A stretch of 64,000 bases of DNA. Origin: Parcubacteria bacterium C7867-001 (GTDB lineage: Bacteria; Patescibacteriota; Minisyncoccia; Phycocordibacterales; Phycocordibacteraceae). A model generated the notes under the pieces. The model was not told the origin of the DNA, did no database searches, and saw nothing but the letters and a program-made list of their open reading frames with translations. Positions within the stretch are counted from its first letter, which is position 1, and each line of letters opens with the position of its first letter. Positions 12,369-21,945 of the stretch are shown here, piece after piece. Position numbers and translations under genes: made by a program. The DNA lies in assembly GCA_001189095.1 (NCBI GenBank), contig LFCK01000001.1:253159-317158 (forward strand), written 5' to 3'.

Positions 12369-12800
12369 GTGCATATGTCACTCGATGAAAATTACACTCC
12401 GCCTTCGCAGGCGTTTACTCAGCGTGCGCCCATGCATTATTACGGTGATATCGTGCGCGTGCTCATGGTTGCAGCGGCGATTCTCGTATTCCTTATGGAA
12501 TTCGTCCCGCCGGGACTTCCGTACGCTACGCCGATCATCATTCTCTCGATTGTTGCGCTCGTGGTTGCTGCAGGCGTGACTAATCCTGCGCAGCTCTGGA
12601 TTCATTGGGTGAATGTCGTTCTCGCACTCATCGGTGTCGTTGCTTTTGGCAGCCTTGCCCTCGACCGGTACCACGCAACAGGCGCCTCATTCGGGCTCAT
12701 TTTGGCGACGGGAACCTCGGTCTTGTTCCTCATTCTCCTCTATTTTGCGACGAGAACGCTCCGTGGCCTCATGCTCGGCTCAGCGCCGGCAATTCGCTAG
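12369..12800 (+). CDS. hypothetical integral membrane protein (143 aa)
   Basis: Three or four hydrophobic helices; no recognisable motif. Confidence 0.5.
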   Translation: MHMSLDENYTPPSQAFTQRAPMHYYGDIVRVLMVAAAILVFLMEFVPPGLPYATPIIILSIVALVVAAGVTNPAQLWIHWVNVVLALIGVVAFGSLALDRYHATGASFGLILATGTSVLFLILLYFATRTLRGLMLGSAPAIR

Positions 12801-12894
12801 AGAAACCACCTCTCCCCACCACCTCTTTACACAATAGCCACTTTCGTGTTAGAACGAAGGTGGGTAACAACCAGCCTTAGAAAGGAGGTGTGGT

Positions 12895-13509
12895 GTGGAT
12901 CTTTTCAAATACCTAGGGAAGCTTTTCGAAAAAAAGCCGGGTAAACGGCCCTACAAACGGGTCGTAGCCGTGTTCATCGATAATCACAATGTCGAAAACG
13001 CGGAACTCGATAATGGCGTTCGGTATCTCGTGAAATGGGCCACGCTCATCTCCGATATCAAGCGGCGCTATCTCGGCTCAAATGCCCCGATCTGGGCAAG
13101 CGCGTACACGCGCGAGCACGGTTCGGAGGAAGTAGTCGAGCGCTGGAAAGAAAGCGCTTTGAAGTACTGGGCCAATCACGGCTATCAGCTGCATACCTAT
13201 CGCAAGAAGGATATCGACTCGCTAATCGTCGGTGATCTCTGGCGCTCCGCAGCTCTTGCTGCCGAAGCGAATGCTACTGATCTTCATCTCGTGCTCGTGT
13301 CGGGCGATGGCCTGTTCGCGGACACCGTGAAGAAGATCAGAGAGCAATACCAAGATCGCCTGAGGATCAAGCTGAACGTCTATTCGTGGATGCCAAGTCT
13401 CAGCTGGAAGCTCAAAGCCGAAGCTCGTAAGGGTGGGGTTCATGACCTCACCTCCCTCAAAAATCTCGTGGCCAAGAAAACCCGAGTATCTAACCGTCGC
13501 GCATCATAA
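12895..13509 (+). CDS. NYN-domain (LabA-like PIN-fold) predicted ribonuclease
   Basis: GTG start with AAAGGAGG RBS; motifs VAVFIDNHNVENA and LVSGDGLFAD match the conserved NYN acidic residues. Confidence 0.7.
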   Translation: MDLFKYLGKLFEKKPGKRPYKRVVAVFIDNHNVENAELDNGVRYLVKWATLISDIKRRYLGSNAPIWASAYTREHGSEEVVERWKESALKYWANHGYQLHTYRKKDIDSLIVGDLWRSAALAAEANATDLHLVLVSGDGLFADTVKKIREQYQDRLRIKLNVYSWMPSLSWKLKAEARKGGVHDLTSLKNLVAKKTRVSNRRAS

Positions 13510-13604
13510 TGATGACGCGGCGGTTTTGTTTACCCGAAGCAGCCTGAACTACAACACGCCAAGGTGTGCTATAGTCCAAGCAGATTTGGTACAAGGAGAC
13601 CGAC

Positions 13605-14027
13605 ATGGTCGATTTAACGAGTGAAGAGCGGCATTCCCGCCGCCTCGCGGTCGAGCGTCATCGGCGGCAACAGGAAGAAGCAGAAAAAGCGGCTTTCGGA
13701 AAAGAATCCGAAGATATGCTCTGGAACGCAATCCATGAACGCGGTGCTCAAACGCCCGCTTGGTTTCTGGGAATGCGCCGCGCCAATCATGTACAAGACA
13801 TGAATGGCACGGATTTCATTGCGGTCGTTGATGCGGTCGGCGATGTGAATATTCAGGTAAAGTCCTCGCGCAACTGGATCGACAAATTCCGGAGCAACCA
13901 TCCGGATTTCAAGGGCCTTATCTTCGTCGTGCATCGCGGAAAGACAAATAAAGATCTCCGTGGGCTCTTCTTCCACCAGCTCGGTGTGTATCGCGAACGC
14001 GAAAAAAAGAGGCGCAGCAGTCCGTAA
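13605..14027 (+). CDS. hypothetical protein with possible PD-(D/E)xK (NERD/Hjc-like) nuclease motif
   Basis: AAGGAGA RBS. Core GTDFIAVVDAVGDVNIQVKSS resembles a D...(D/E)xK nuclease motif (weak). Followed by a hairpin. Confidence 0.45.
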   Translation: MVDLTSEERHSRRLAVERHRRQQEEAEKAAFGKESEDMLWNAIHERGAQTPAWFLGMRRANHVQDMNGTDFIAVVDAVGDVNIQVKSSRNWIDKFRSNHPDFKGLIFVVHRGKTNKDLRGLFFHQLGVYREREKKRRSSP

Positions 14028-14058
14028 CGGATGCTGCGCCTTATGTTATACTCGGGCC

Positions 14059-14289
14059 ATGTCTCTACAGAGTTTTTTCCTCAAACAGGCCGCAAAATGG
14101 AAGATGAAAGATATGCCGGCTGCTCAGCGCGAGCAGTTCATCGCAATGTTCGAGAAGAATCCGGAATTGTTCAAGAAAATCGGTGAAGAAATCGAGCGCC
14201 GGAAAAAAGGCGGCGAAAACGAAATGAAAGCCTCCATCGAAGTCATGAAGAAGTACCGCGCTGAGCTCGCTGGGCTCATGCAGCGTTAA
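14059..14289 (+). CDS. hypothetical small K/E-rich protein (76 aa)
   Basis: ATG 14059 follows a TATACT -10-like element; start chosen at the internal Met. Confidence 0.4.
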   Translation: MSLQSFFLKQAAKWKMKDMPAAQREQFIAMFEKNPELFKKIGEEIERRKKGGENEMKASIEVMKKYRAELAGLMQR

Positions 14290-14297
14290 TACCACCC

Positions 14298-14810
14298 ATG
14301 TCTGCCGTCGACCTTCTCATCATTGCTTCGGCAGTTGCGTCCTTAGGGACCGCACTCGGTGCAGTTGGTCTCACGATAGGTGAAGTGTTGTATGCTCGCG
14401 CGCTTTCGGATGGAAAGCTCGAGGAGTGCGAAAAGACGTACGTACGCGCAACGTTCTGGTCGCTGCGTTCCGGTATGACGCTTTTCCTTGCTGGTAGCAT
14501 CGGCACGATTCTCATCGAATATCTTGCGTGGGATGCTCCCCATACGGCACTTACGAGCAGTTTTTGGGCAACTCTTTTGCTTGCACTGGTCATTGTAGTA
14601 AGCGGTTGGGGGCTCGTTCGTGGTGTGTTTCCGTGGACACTCGCCTCGTCCGCCGCACTTACGGCGTGGTGGACGATATTTGCGCTCTCGCTCGTGCGTG
14701 ACCTCTCGCTCACTCCTCTCTCGATTCTTCTCGGCTACGCATTATTCACAGGTGTAATCTTCGGGGCGCGAGTTATCATACATGAACACTTTCGTAGTAG
14801 TCGCGCATGA
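14298..14810 (+). CDS. hypothetical integral membrane protein (170 aa)
   Basis: Four or five TM helices; 4-bp overlap (ATGA) with the downstream flavoprotein gene. Confidence 0.5.
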   Translation: MSAVDLLIIASAVASLGTALGAVGLTIGEVLYARALSDGKLEECEKTYVRATFWSLRSGMTLFLAGSIGTILIEYLAWDAPHTALTSSFWATLLLALVIVVSGWGLVRGVFPWTLASSAALTAWWTIFALSLVRDLSLTPLSILLGYALFTGVIFGARVIIHEHFRSSRA

Positions 14811-15397
14811 AAAAGATCTTTATTCTCCTTGGTAATCCTGACGCGGACACCTTGTCCGGACAATTTGCGAGTGTGTACGAATCTGCCGCCACAGCTGCAG
14901 GGCATGAGGTAAAGCGTCTTAATATTGGTGATCTCGCCTTCGATCCGATTCTCCATAAGGGCTACAAAGTCATTCAGGAACTTGAACCGGACTTGAAGAC
15001 CGCGCAGGAATACATGAAGTGGTGCGACACGTTCGTGCTCGTATACCCATTGTGGTGGAGCTCGATGCCCGCTCTTCTGAAAGGCTTTTTTGATCGAATG
15101 TGGCTTCCCGCTTTTGCTTTTCGTTTCCATAAAAATCCAAAGACAGGGAAGGCTGGAATGTTTTGGGATCGACTCATGCGCGGCAAGCGCGCCCGTGTCA
15201 TCATGCTCTCAAAAGCAAATCCGTTTCTTATTTGGTTCATGTTCGGCGACTTCACCAATGAAATTACGCGTGCCATTCTCGCCTTTGCCGGCTTTGTTCC
15301 GCGAGTCACGGAAATCGGCAACGCTGAAATCCTTTCGGATGCGCAGAAGCGCACATGGGAAAAGCGTCTTTCAGCACTCGCGAAAAAAGGAGTGTAA
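14807..15397 (+). CDS. NAD(P)H dehydrogenase (quinone)/flavodoxin-like fold FMN reductase (Flavodoxin_2 family)
   Basis: ILLGNP ... FVLVYPLWWSSMPALLKGFFDRMW is the hallmark of the NQO/MdaB/KefF-type flavodoxin-like fold. Confidence 0.75.
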   Translation: MKKIFILLGNPDADTLSGQFASVYESAATAAGHEVKRLNIGDLAFDPILHKGYKVIQELEPDLKTAQEYMKWCDTFVLVYPLWWSSMPALLKGFFDRMWLPAFAFRFHKNPKTGKAGMFWDRLMRGKRARVIMLSKANPFLIWFMFGDFTNEITRAILAFAGFVPRVTEIGNAEILSDAQKRTWEKRLSALAKKGV

Positions 15398-15454
15398 TTT
15401 GACGCTCTAAAACTCCTCGTGCTATGAGAAGTAAGGACAAAACGGAGGTTCCTA

Positions 15455-15658
15455 ATGAAAGTCTTTGCATGTGTGGTTCTAGCGAGCATTGCACTTAGTG
15501 CCTGTTCCCCAGTATCAAACCAAATTATCCCAACTCGGGAAGATATGGAGTACTGCCGGAGTAAGGTGGCTACCGAGTCACCGGACGCTAAGCCAACCGA
15601 AGCGATTGGCAGCTATAACGCGTGTCTCGACGCGCATACCGAACAGACTGGCCCCTAG
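15455..15658 (+). CDS. small lipoprotein (67 aa)
   Basis: GGAGG RBS; signal peptide with lipobox LSAC; terminator at 15684-15712. Confidence 0.5.
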   Translation: MKVFACVVLASIALSACSPVSNQIIPTREDMEYCRSKVATESPDAKPTEAIGSYNACLDAHTEQTGP

Positions 15659-15683
15659 ACCTCTTTAGAATAACTAACATTTA

Positions 15684-15712
15684 GACCCGGCAAACATGCC
15701 GGGTCTTTTCGT
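15684..15712 (+). terminator. intrinsic terminator
   Basis: agacccggcaaacatgccgggtcttttcgt. Confidence 0.65.
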
Positions 15713-15800
15713 ACGTAAAAATCAAAAGTTTACATTCTTATTTTTTCGTGTTAAAGAGAATTAAGGCATAGTGCCTTGATTCAAGAAATGGAGAGAAGCC

Positions 15801-16307
15801 ATGGAAGCTCTTGAAGACGCGACCGTCATCCGGTCGCCGTCCTCGTTTCCAGTCTGGAAAGCTTTTTCGGTCGGTACGCGTCCGCTCTCAGAAGTGATGC
15901 GCCGTATCGGCAACTCGGACACAACCGAACACATCCGGAATCGTTACGCTCTCGAAGAAAAACCACTTGGACCCTATTTCGCTCAAGTGGCGAGCCGTAC
16001 GGTCGGCGAGCTCGGATTCGCGCAGGAGCGCGAGCCGGTGTATCTCGGCAGACTCGTGCGCTCGGCAATTCTGAACGGGTTCGAGCCGGTGTTTGCGCTC
16101 ACGGCACTCACGTTGCGAGATATCTACGTCGACCAGCCGGAAGACGAGATGCTCTATGTGCCGCTCAAAACCTGCGGCGCTGGATTCCCATTCGAAGTTC
16201 TCTACCTGACCCGCGAAAACGGCGCGCCGGTGGTTCGTCTTTCGGGAAAGCAGTTCTTCGGCCTGAACGACCGCTTCGTCTTCAAAACGCCGTTCGGCAT
16301 CCGCTAA
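15801..16307 (+). CDS. hypothetical protein (168 aa)
   Basis: RBS GGAGAG; followed by the terminator gaatccgcccatgcacctttggtgcatgggcgtttcttttt. Confidence 0.5.
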   Translation: MEALEDATVIRSPSSFPVWKAFSVGTRPLSEVMRRIGNSDTTEHIRNRYALEEKPLGPYFAQVASRTVGELGFAQEREPVYLGRLVRSAILNGFEPVFALTALTLRDIYVDQPEDEMLYVPLKTCGAGFPFEVLYLTRENGAPVVRLSGKQFFGLNDRFVFKTPFGIR

Positions 16308-16379
16308 GAGTGGAATCCGCCCATGCACCTTTGGTGCATGGGCGTTTCTTTTTATCCGTCTCTCGTGTAGTCTCAAGAA

Positions 16380-17477
16380 ATGTTGAAAATAGGAATCGTC
16401 GGATTGCCGAACGTGGGGAAGTCCACGCTTTTTAATGCACTTACGAAAGCTGCGGTACCTGCGGAAAATTACCCGTTCTGCACCATCGACCCTTCGGTCG
16501 GTGTTGTTGGTGTTCCTGATGAGCGCCTCACAAAGCTTGCTGAACTTTCGAAGTCAGAGAAGACGATCCCTGCCGCTATTGAGTTCGTCGATATCGCAGG
16601 GCTCGTGAAAGGCGCGTCCGAAGGCGAAGGTCTTGGTAACCAGTTTCTTTCTCATATTCGTGAGGTGGATGCCATTCTCGAAATGGTTCGTTTCTTCGAC
16701 GACCCAGATGTTACGCACGTGCATGGCGAAGTCGATCCAATAAAGGATATCGAGGTCATAAATCTCGAGCTCGCGCTTGCCGACAAAGAGTCAGTTGATA
16801 AACGACGCGAGCGTCTTGTGCGCGATATCAAGTCGGGCAATAAAGACGCGGCTGCAGAAGATGCCGTTCTTGCTAAGGTGGCGCAGACCCTCAACAATGG
16901 CTTGCTCGCACGACAAGCGGAACTCACTCCTGAGGAAGCGAAGCGCATTCAGTCGATGAATCTCCTCACGATGAAGCCAATCCTATACGCCTTCAACGGG
17001 AAGTCAGGTGGCCATAATCTCAATGAACTCAATGACGGGCGCGCGAAGGCGGCGTATGAACTCATGGATGCACTTAAGGCAGAATACGTACACGTGGATG
17101 CTCGCACTGAACATGAACTCAATGACGTCGCTGAAGGTGATAAGAATTCTTTCCGTCAGGAGCTCGGCGTACAGGTAGACGGCCTCGTTGACCTTATTCG
17201 CGGCGCGTATCGCACGCTTGGTCTCATTACCTTCTTTACGACGGGTCCGAAGGAAAGTCGTGCATGGACGGTACCGAACGGCGCGCTCGCGCCGGATGCG
17301 GGTGCAGCGATACACAACGATTTCAAGGATAAATTCATCCGCGCAGAAGTCATTGCATGGGACAAACTACTCGGAGACGGCTCATGGAGTGCGGCGCGCG
17401 ATAAGGGCGATATTCGTACCGAAGGAAAGACGTATCCGGTCGTCGATGGTGACGTGATGGTTTTCCTCCACAGCTAA
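16380..17477 (+). CDS. ychF: ribosome-binding ATPase YchF (Obg-family GTPase)
   Basis: G1 motif GIVGLPNVGKSTLFNALT, 365 aa, C-terminal TGS domain. Confidence 0.9.
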   Translation: MLKIGIVGLPNVGKSTLFNALTKAAVPAENYPFCTIDPSVGVVGVPDERLTKLAELSKSEKTIPAAIEFVDIAGLVKGASEGEGLGNQFLSHIREVDAILEMVRFFDDPDVTHVHGEVDPIKDIEVINLELALADKESVDKRRERLVRDIKSGNKDAAAEDAVLAKVAQTLNNGLLARQAELTPEEAKRIQSMNLLTMKPILYAFNGKSGGHNLNELNDGRAKAAYELMDALKAEYVHVDARTEHELNDVAEGDKNSFRQELGVQVDGLVDLIRGAYRTLGLITFFTTGPKESRAWTVPNGALAPDAGAAIHNDFKDKFIRAEVIAWDKLLGDGSWSAARDKGDIRTEGKTYPVVDGDVMVFLHS

Positions 17478-18439
17478 GCAGAACGTTTCTTAACTTTTGT
17501 GTCGCAGCTGTTGAGCAGCATTGCAAAGGCGTACACATTCTTTACGTAGTTCGCTGAGTGTTTGCCGTAGTCAGGCACCGGTCCACCTTTTGCTCCAGCT
17601 GCCGAAGCCATTGCTGCATACACGTCATAGTGCTTAAACGTGGGACGAACCTTTTGCTTGCTGAACCAGCGGAGCACCTGCGCCACATTACCGGGTCCTG
17701 CTTGATACGCATTTATCATGACGAGTGTCATGAACTGACGGTTGAATTCCTCGGGTGTATCGAAATAGTTAGCGCGAATGAAGTCGAGTGCGTCGCCTGC
17801 TTCGCTCCACAGGATGCTGTAGAGACTCTTGAAGAACTCACGGAGAAATACGGTGACGTTCTTAAGATATTTAATCTCCACCTCGTCGAATCCGTAGGCC
17901 TTGTGAATGTTCGGAAGAATCTGCGCAAGGCCGACCGCCTTCGCGCTGCTCACGACATCATTTTCATAACTTGATTCTTGTGCTGGAAGACCAACGATGA
18001 GAAAGGTGAGTTCTTCTCGGATTTCGTCCGGTAGCTCTTCATCGGTGACGCCCTCCATGACGTGTTTGCGTAGATAATCGATGCGAGAGAGGCGTTCGCG
18101 GTCGTCGAGTGTCTCTTGGCAACCAGCAGAAAGGGCACTTTCAAGCGGCGAAGCGATCTGATAGGTTCCCCCTTGTTCATTGGTGGCAGTGGTTCGAGAA
18201 CTGAAGCGCTTTGCTTTCTTTGTGTATTCTTCATGGAAGAGCGGCGACCGCTCGATCGCTTTGAGGCGCTCTTTCGCCACAAACGACTCTTCGCGACTCA
18301 GTAAATTACGCTCCACGCTTGCTGCGTTATCGGCATTGGTCGTGAGGATAAGAGCAATCTCGGCGGTGAGCGCCGTATTTATGAGTGCGGTCCCTCCCTC
18401 AACGAGTACATTTCGACGGGTGTAGTCTTCTCGTCGCAT
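17474..18439 (-). CDS. lytic transglycosylase (SLT) domain protein
   Basis: SLT catalytic region ENDVVSSAKAVGLAQILPNIHKAYGF. The ORF extends to a GTG at 18526; ATG 18439 is given as the conservative start. Confidence 0.55.
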   Translation of the reverse strand: MRREDYTRRNVLVEGGTALINTALTAEIALILTTNADNAASVERNLLSREESFVAKERLKAIERSPLFHEEYTKKAKRFSSRTTATNEQGGTYQIASPLESALSAGCQETLDDRERLSRIDYLRKHVMEGVTDEELPDEIREELTFLIVGLPAQESSYENDVVSSAKAVGLAQILPNIHKAYGFDEVEIKYLKNVTVFLREFFKSLYSILWSEAGDALDFIRANYFDTPEEFNRQFMTLVMINAYQAGPGNVAQVLRWFSKQKVRPTFKHYDVYAAMASAAGAKGGPVPDYGKHSANYVKNVYAFAMLLNSCDTKVKKRSA

Positions 18440-18507
18440 AGATACGCTGTATTGTACGGCACGTACGGGCGATGCAGAACCGTAATTAAGGTATATAATC
18501 CCTCCAT

Positions 18508-19044
18508 ATGGCAAACACAACCGCACCGAAGTTCGTGCGCTGGGCAGTCCTTATCGGCATCGTTATTGCGCTTAACATCTTCTTTCTTGTCGCTCGCTCG
18601 CTCGTTCTTCCCGAGCCCAAGTATGACGACTATTGCCCGACCCGTATCCAACCGGCAGCGACCGAAGATGCGTGTGTTAAACAAGATGGTGTATGGGTAG
18701 CGACACCAAACGACGCGTCTGTTACGGCAGTCACGAAGCCAAACATGGCCGGATACTGCGACCTCTATCAGAAGTGCCAACCGGTCTATGATGCTGCGCA
18801 GAAACAATTCCGTCTCTATGCGTTCATCATCGCCATCGGGCTTGGTGTGCTCTCGCTCATCGTTGGCGTACTCCCAATCGGTTCGTCCATCGTCTCGTCC
18901 GGTCTTTCCTATGGCGGCGTGCTCGCGCTTATCATCGGCGCTATTCAGTACTGGAATGACGCTTCAAGCCTTATCCAGCTCGGTATCTCCGCGCTTGCGC
19001 TCGGCGCACTCCTCTATATAGGTGTGAAGCGGTTCCGCGACTAA
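18508..19044 (+). CDS. hypothetical membrane protein (178 aa, paired cysteines in the extracytoplasmic loop)
   Basis: N-terminal TM, a Cys-containing loop, then 2-3 C-terminal TMs. Confidence 0.5.
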   Translation: MANTTAPKFVRWAVLIGIVIALNIFFLVARSLVLPEPKYDDYCPTRIQPAATEDACVKQDGVWVATPNDASVTAVTKPNMAGYCDLYQKCQPVYDAAQKQFRLYAFIIAIGLGVLSLIVGVLPIGSSIVSSGLSYGGVLALIIGAIQYWNDASSLIQLGISALALGALLYIGVKRFRD

Positions 19045-19047
19045 ACA

Positions 19048-21882
19048 ATGGGGAAGACGGGCTACGATCACAAAGCACTAGAGAAAGCCGCTCGGGAGAA
19101 ATGGGCGGAGCGTAATCTCTACGTCACTGACCTTACGGACGAATCGAAGGAGCCGTATTACCTCCTGTTCGAATTCCCGTACCCTTCTGGCGACCTCCAT
19201 ATTGGACACTGGTTCGCATTCGGGGTGACCGATATCTTTGCGCGCCTAAAGCGCATGCAAGGGAAGAACGTTCTTTTCCCTATCGGGTTCGACGCGTTCG
19301 GTCTTCCGGCAGAGAACGCGGCGATAAAGTTCGGTAAGGATCCGAAAGAGTGGACGGTCGCAAATATGGAGCGCATGACCGAGCAGTTGAAATCGATCGG
19401 TCTTTCAGTTGACTGGAGTAAGCGCATCGCCTCATGCGAACCCAAGTACTATCACTGGACCCAGTGGCTTTTCCAGAAATTCTACGAGCAGGGCCTCGCT
19501 GAGCGTCGCAACGCGCCGGTGAAGTGGTGTCCGAAGGATCAGACCGTGCTCGCGAACGAGCAGGTCGTGAATGGTGCTTGCGAACGCTGTGGCACGGAGG
19601 TCGAGGAGAAGAACCTCACACAGTGGTTCCTCAAGATTACGCAGTACGCTGAACGTCTTCTCGCAGATCTCGAGCCGCTCCCATGGCTTGAAGAAATAAA
19701 GGAGGCGCAGCGCCAGTGGATCGGAAAATCGGAGGGAGCAAAGCTGTGGTTCACCATAGAAGGAAGCGAGGAGGCTATTGAGGTATTTACGACTCGTCCA
19801 GACACGCTGTATGGCGCGACCTATGTCGTGCTCGCACCTGAGCACCCGCTCGTCAGTGCGCTTCCGGCTACAAATCGTGCAGAAGTTGATGCGTATGTTG
19901 CGCAAACGAAGCTTAAAACTGAGCGCGAACGACAGGAAAACAAAGACAAGACTGGCGTTCGGCTTGAGGGTATTACTGCCGTTAATCCCGTAACCAAGGA
20001 GTTGATTCCTGTTTTTGCAGCCGACTACGTGCTCGCAACCTACGGTACGGGCGCGGTTATGGCGGTTCCTGCGCACGACGAACGCGATTTCGCTTTCGCA
20101 AAGAAATACGATCTACCGATACGCTACGTTGTTGCACCAAAAATGATCGACACAGGAAATCCTCCTCAGGACGGGAAGCGTGTGGTGAAGCGCTACTCCA
20201 TTCTTGCGGTCGTGCACGATCCAAAGACCAAAAAATATCTTTCACTCAAATGGAAGGAGCAGGGTTGGACTACCTTCATAACCGGAGGTATCGACGCGGA
20301 TGAAGATGTTGTGGAGGCGGCGAAGCGGGAGATTCTCGAAGAAACCGGCTACAAGAATCTAAAATTCATACGCCGACTCGGCGGTCCGGTCTGGGCGGAA
20401 TTCTTCGCTGCTCACAAAGACGAGAATCGCATTGCAATAAACAGTCCGCTTCTCTTCGAGCTTGAAAACGACGAGCGCGATCCGGTTGCTCAAGCGGAAT
20501 TGGATCAGCATGAAGCGCACTGGCTCGATTTGAAAGAAATTGCTGCTGAGAAAATGCGTCATGCCGAAATAGAACAAATACTTTCACACCTCGACGGAGA
20601 GGATGGTGCCTACACCGGAGACGGCATGCTCATAAATTCAGAAGCATTCGATGGACGCGAGAACCGCGAAGCGTTGTGGGATATCGTCACGGCTGCGGAC
20701 GGCGAGAAGACGACCAACTACCGTATCCGTGACTGGCTGGTGAGTCGCCAGAGGTACTGGGGCTGCCCGATTCCGGTCGTCTACGACCCTGAGGGTAAGG
20801 TGCATCTTGTGCCAGCTGAGCATTTGCCGTGGCTCCTACCTGAGGATGTCGATTTCAAGCCGACTGGCGAAGCGCCACTCGCGTCCTCCAAAGAGTTAAA
20901 GGAGCGTGTGACGCGTATCTTCGGCGAAGGATGGACCCCCGAATACGATACACTCGACACCTTCGTTGATTCATCGTGGTACTACACGCGCTATCTTGCA
21001 GCAGATGATGATACGCAGTTCTCAAATTTTTCGTTGATGAAAAGATGGCTTCCCGTGCAGCGGTACTCAGGCGGAAGCGAGCACACCACGATGCATCTTC
21101 TGTATGCCCGATTCTTCCATAAAGCACTCTACGACCTCGCTCTTGTTCCAACGCCGGAACCATTCCATGAGCGTTTCAACCGGGCAATTATTCTTGGACC
21201 GGACGGCAATAAGATGAGCAAATCGAAGGGGAACGTGATTAACCCTGACGATATTGTCGAGAAATATGGAGCTGACGCAGTGCGCATGTATCTCGCGTTC
21301 ATTGGTCCCTACAACGAAGCGGGACACTATCCGTGGAGTCTCGATGGTGTACCAGCGATGCGTCGCTTCCTCGAGCGAGTGACCAAGCTTGTTCCGAATT
21401 TGAAGGAGGGTAGTGCCACTGAGGCGGAACGAAAGGCTCTTGCGAAAGCGACGGTGAAAGTTGCGGACGATTCCGAGCGCTTCAAGTTCAACACCGCAGT
21501 ATCAGGACTTATGGTGTGCCTTAACGAACTTGAAGCCTCCAAGAGTTGTAGCAAAGAAGCGTTCGTCGAGTTCGTAAAACTCCTTGCTCCATTCGCGCCG
21601 CATCTTACGGAGCAGCTCTGGGAAGCGGTCGGACAAGCAGGCAGCGTGCATGAAGCGCTCTGGCCGGCTGCCGACCCAAGTCTTCTGACGGAAGATACGG
21701 TCACGGTGGTCGTTCAGGTAGCAGGGAAGAAGCGGGGAGAGGTCATGCTGGCGCCAACAGCCTCAGAAGAAGAGGCACTTAAGGCTGCGCAGTCGATTCC
21801 CACCGTAGCGGAACTCCTCGCGCAGGGCACCCCAAAACGGGTGGTCTACGTGAGCGGCAAAATCCTCAATATCGTCCCCTAG
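19048..21882 (+). CDS. leuS: leucyl-tRNA synthetase with an inserted Nudix hydrolase domain
   Basis: HIGH (PYPSGDLHIGHWFAF) and KMSKS (GNKMSKSKGNVI) motifs. 944 aa, versus ~800-870 for a typical bacterial LeuRS. Confidence 0.95.
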   Translation: MGKTGYDHKALEKAAREKWAERNLYVTDLTDESKEPYYLLFEFPYPSGDLHIGHWFAFGVTDIFARLKRMQGKNVLFPIGFDAFGLPAENAAIKFGKDPKEWTVANMERMTEQLKSIGLSVDWSKRIASCEPKYYHWTQWLFQKFYEQGLAERRNAPVKWCPKDQTVLANEQVVNGACERCGTEVEEKNLTQWFLKITQYAERLLADLEPLPWLEEIKEAQRQWIGKSEGAKLWFTIEGSEEAIEVFTTRPDTLYGATYVVLAPEHPLVSALPATNRAEVDAYVAQTKLKTERERQENKDKTGVRLEGITAVNPVTKELIPVFAADYVLATYGTGAVMAVPAHDERDFAFAKKYDLPIRYVVAPKMIDTGNPPQDGKRVVKRYSILAVVHDPKTKKYLSLKWKEQGWTTFITGGIDADEDVVEAAKREILEETGYKNLKFIRRLGGPVWAEFFAAHKDENRIAINSPLLFELENDERDPVAQAELDQHEAHWLDLKEIAAEKMRHAEIEQILSHLDGEDGAYTGDGMLINSEAFDGRENREALWDIVTAADGEKTTNYRIRDWLVSRQRYWGCPIPVVYDPEGKVHLVPAEHLPWLLPEDVDFKPTGEAPLASSKELKERVTRIFGEGWTPEYDTLDTFVDSSWYYTRYLAADDDTQFSNFSLMKRWLPVQRYSGGSEHTTMHLLYARFFHKALYDLALVPTPEPFHERFNRAIILGPDGNKMSKSKGNVINPDDIVEKYGADAVRMYLAFIGPYNEAGHYPWSLDGVPAMRRFLERVTKLVPNLKEGSATEAERKALAKATVKVADDSERFKFNTAVSGLMVCLNELEASKSCSKEAFVEFVKLLAPFAPHLTEQLWEAVGQAGSVHEALWPAADPSLLTEDTVTVVVQVAGKKRGEVMLAPTASEEEALKAAQSIPTVAELLAQGTPKRVVYVSGKILNIVP

Positions 21883-21890
21883 GGGTGGAC

Positions 21891-21918
21891 TTGCCTATAA
21901 TTAGGGGTGTGGTATACT
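21891..21918 (+). promoter_or_regulatory. sigma70-like promoter TTGCCT-N16-TGgTATACT
   Basis: Read upstream of the 21946 gene; extended -10 element. Confidence 0.4.
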
Positions 21919-21945
21919 CTCTTGACAACAACTTGACACATATTT

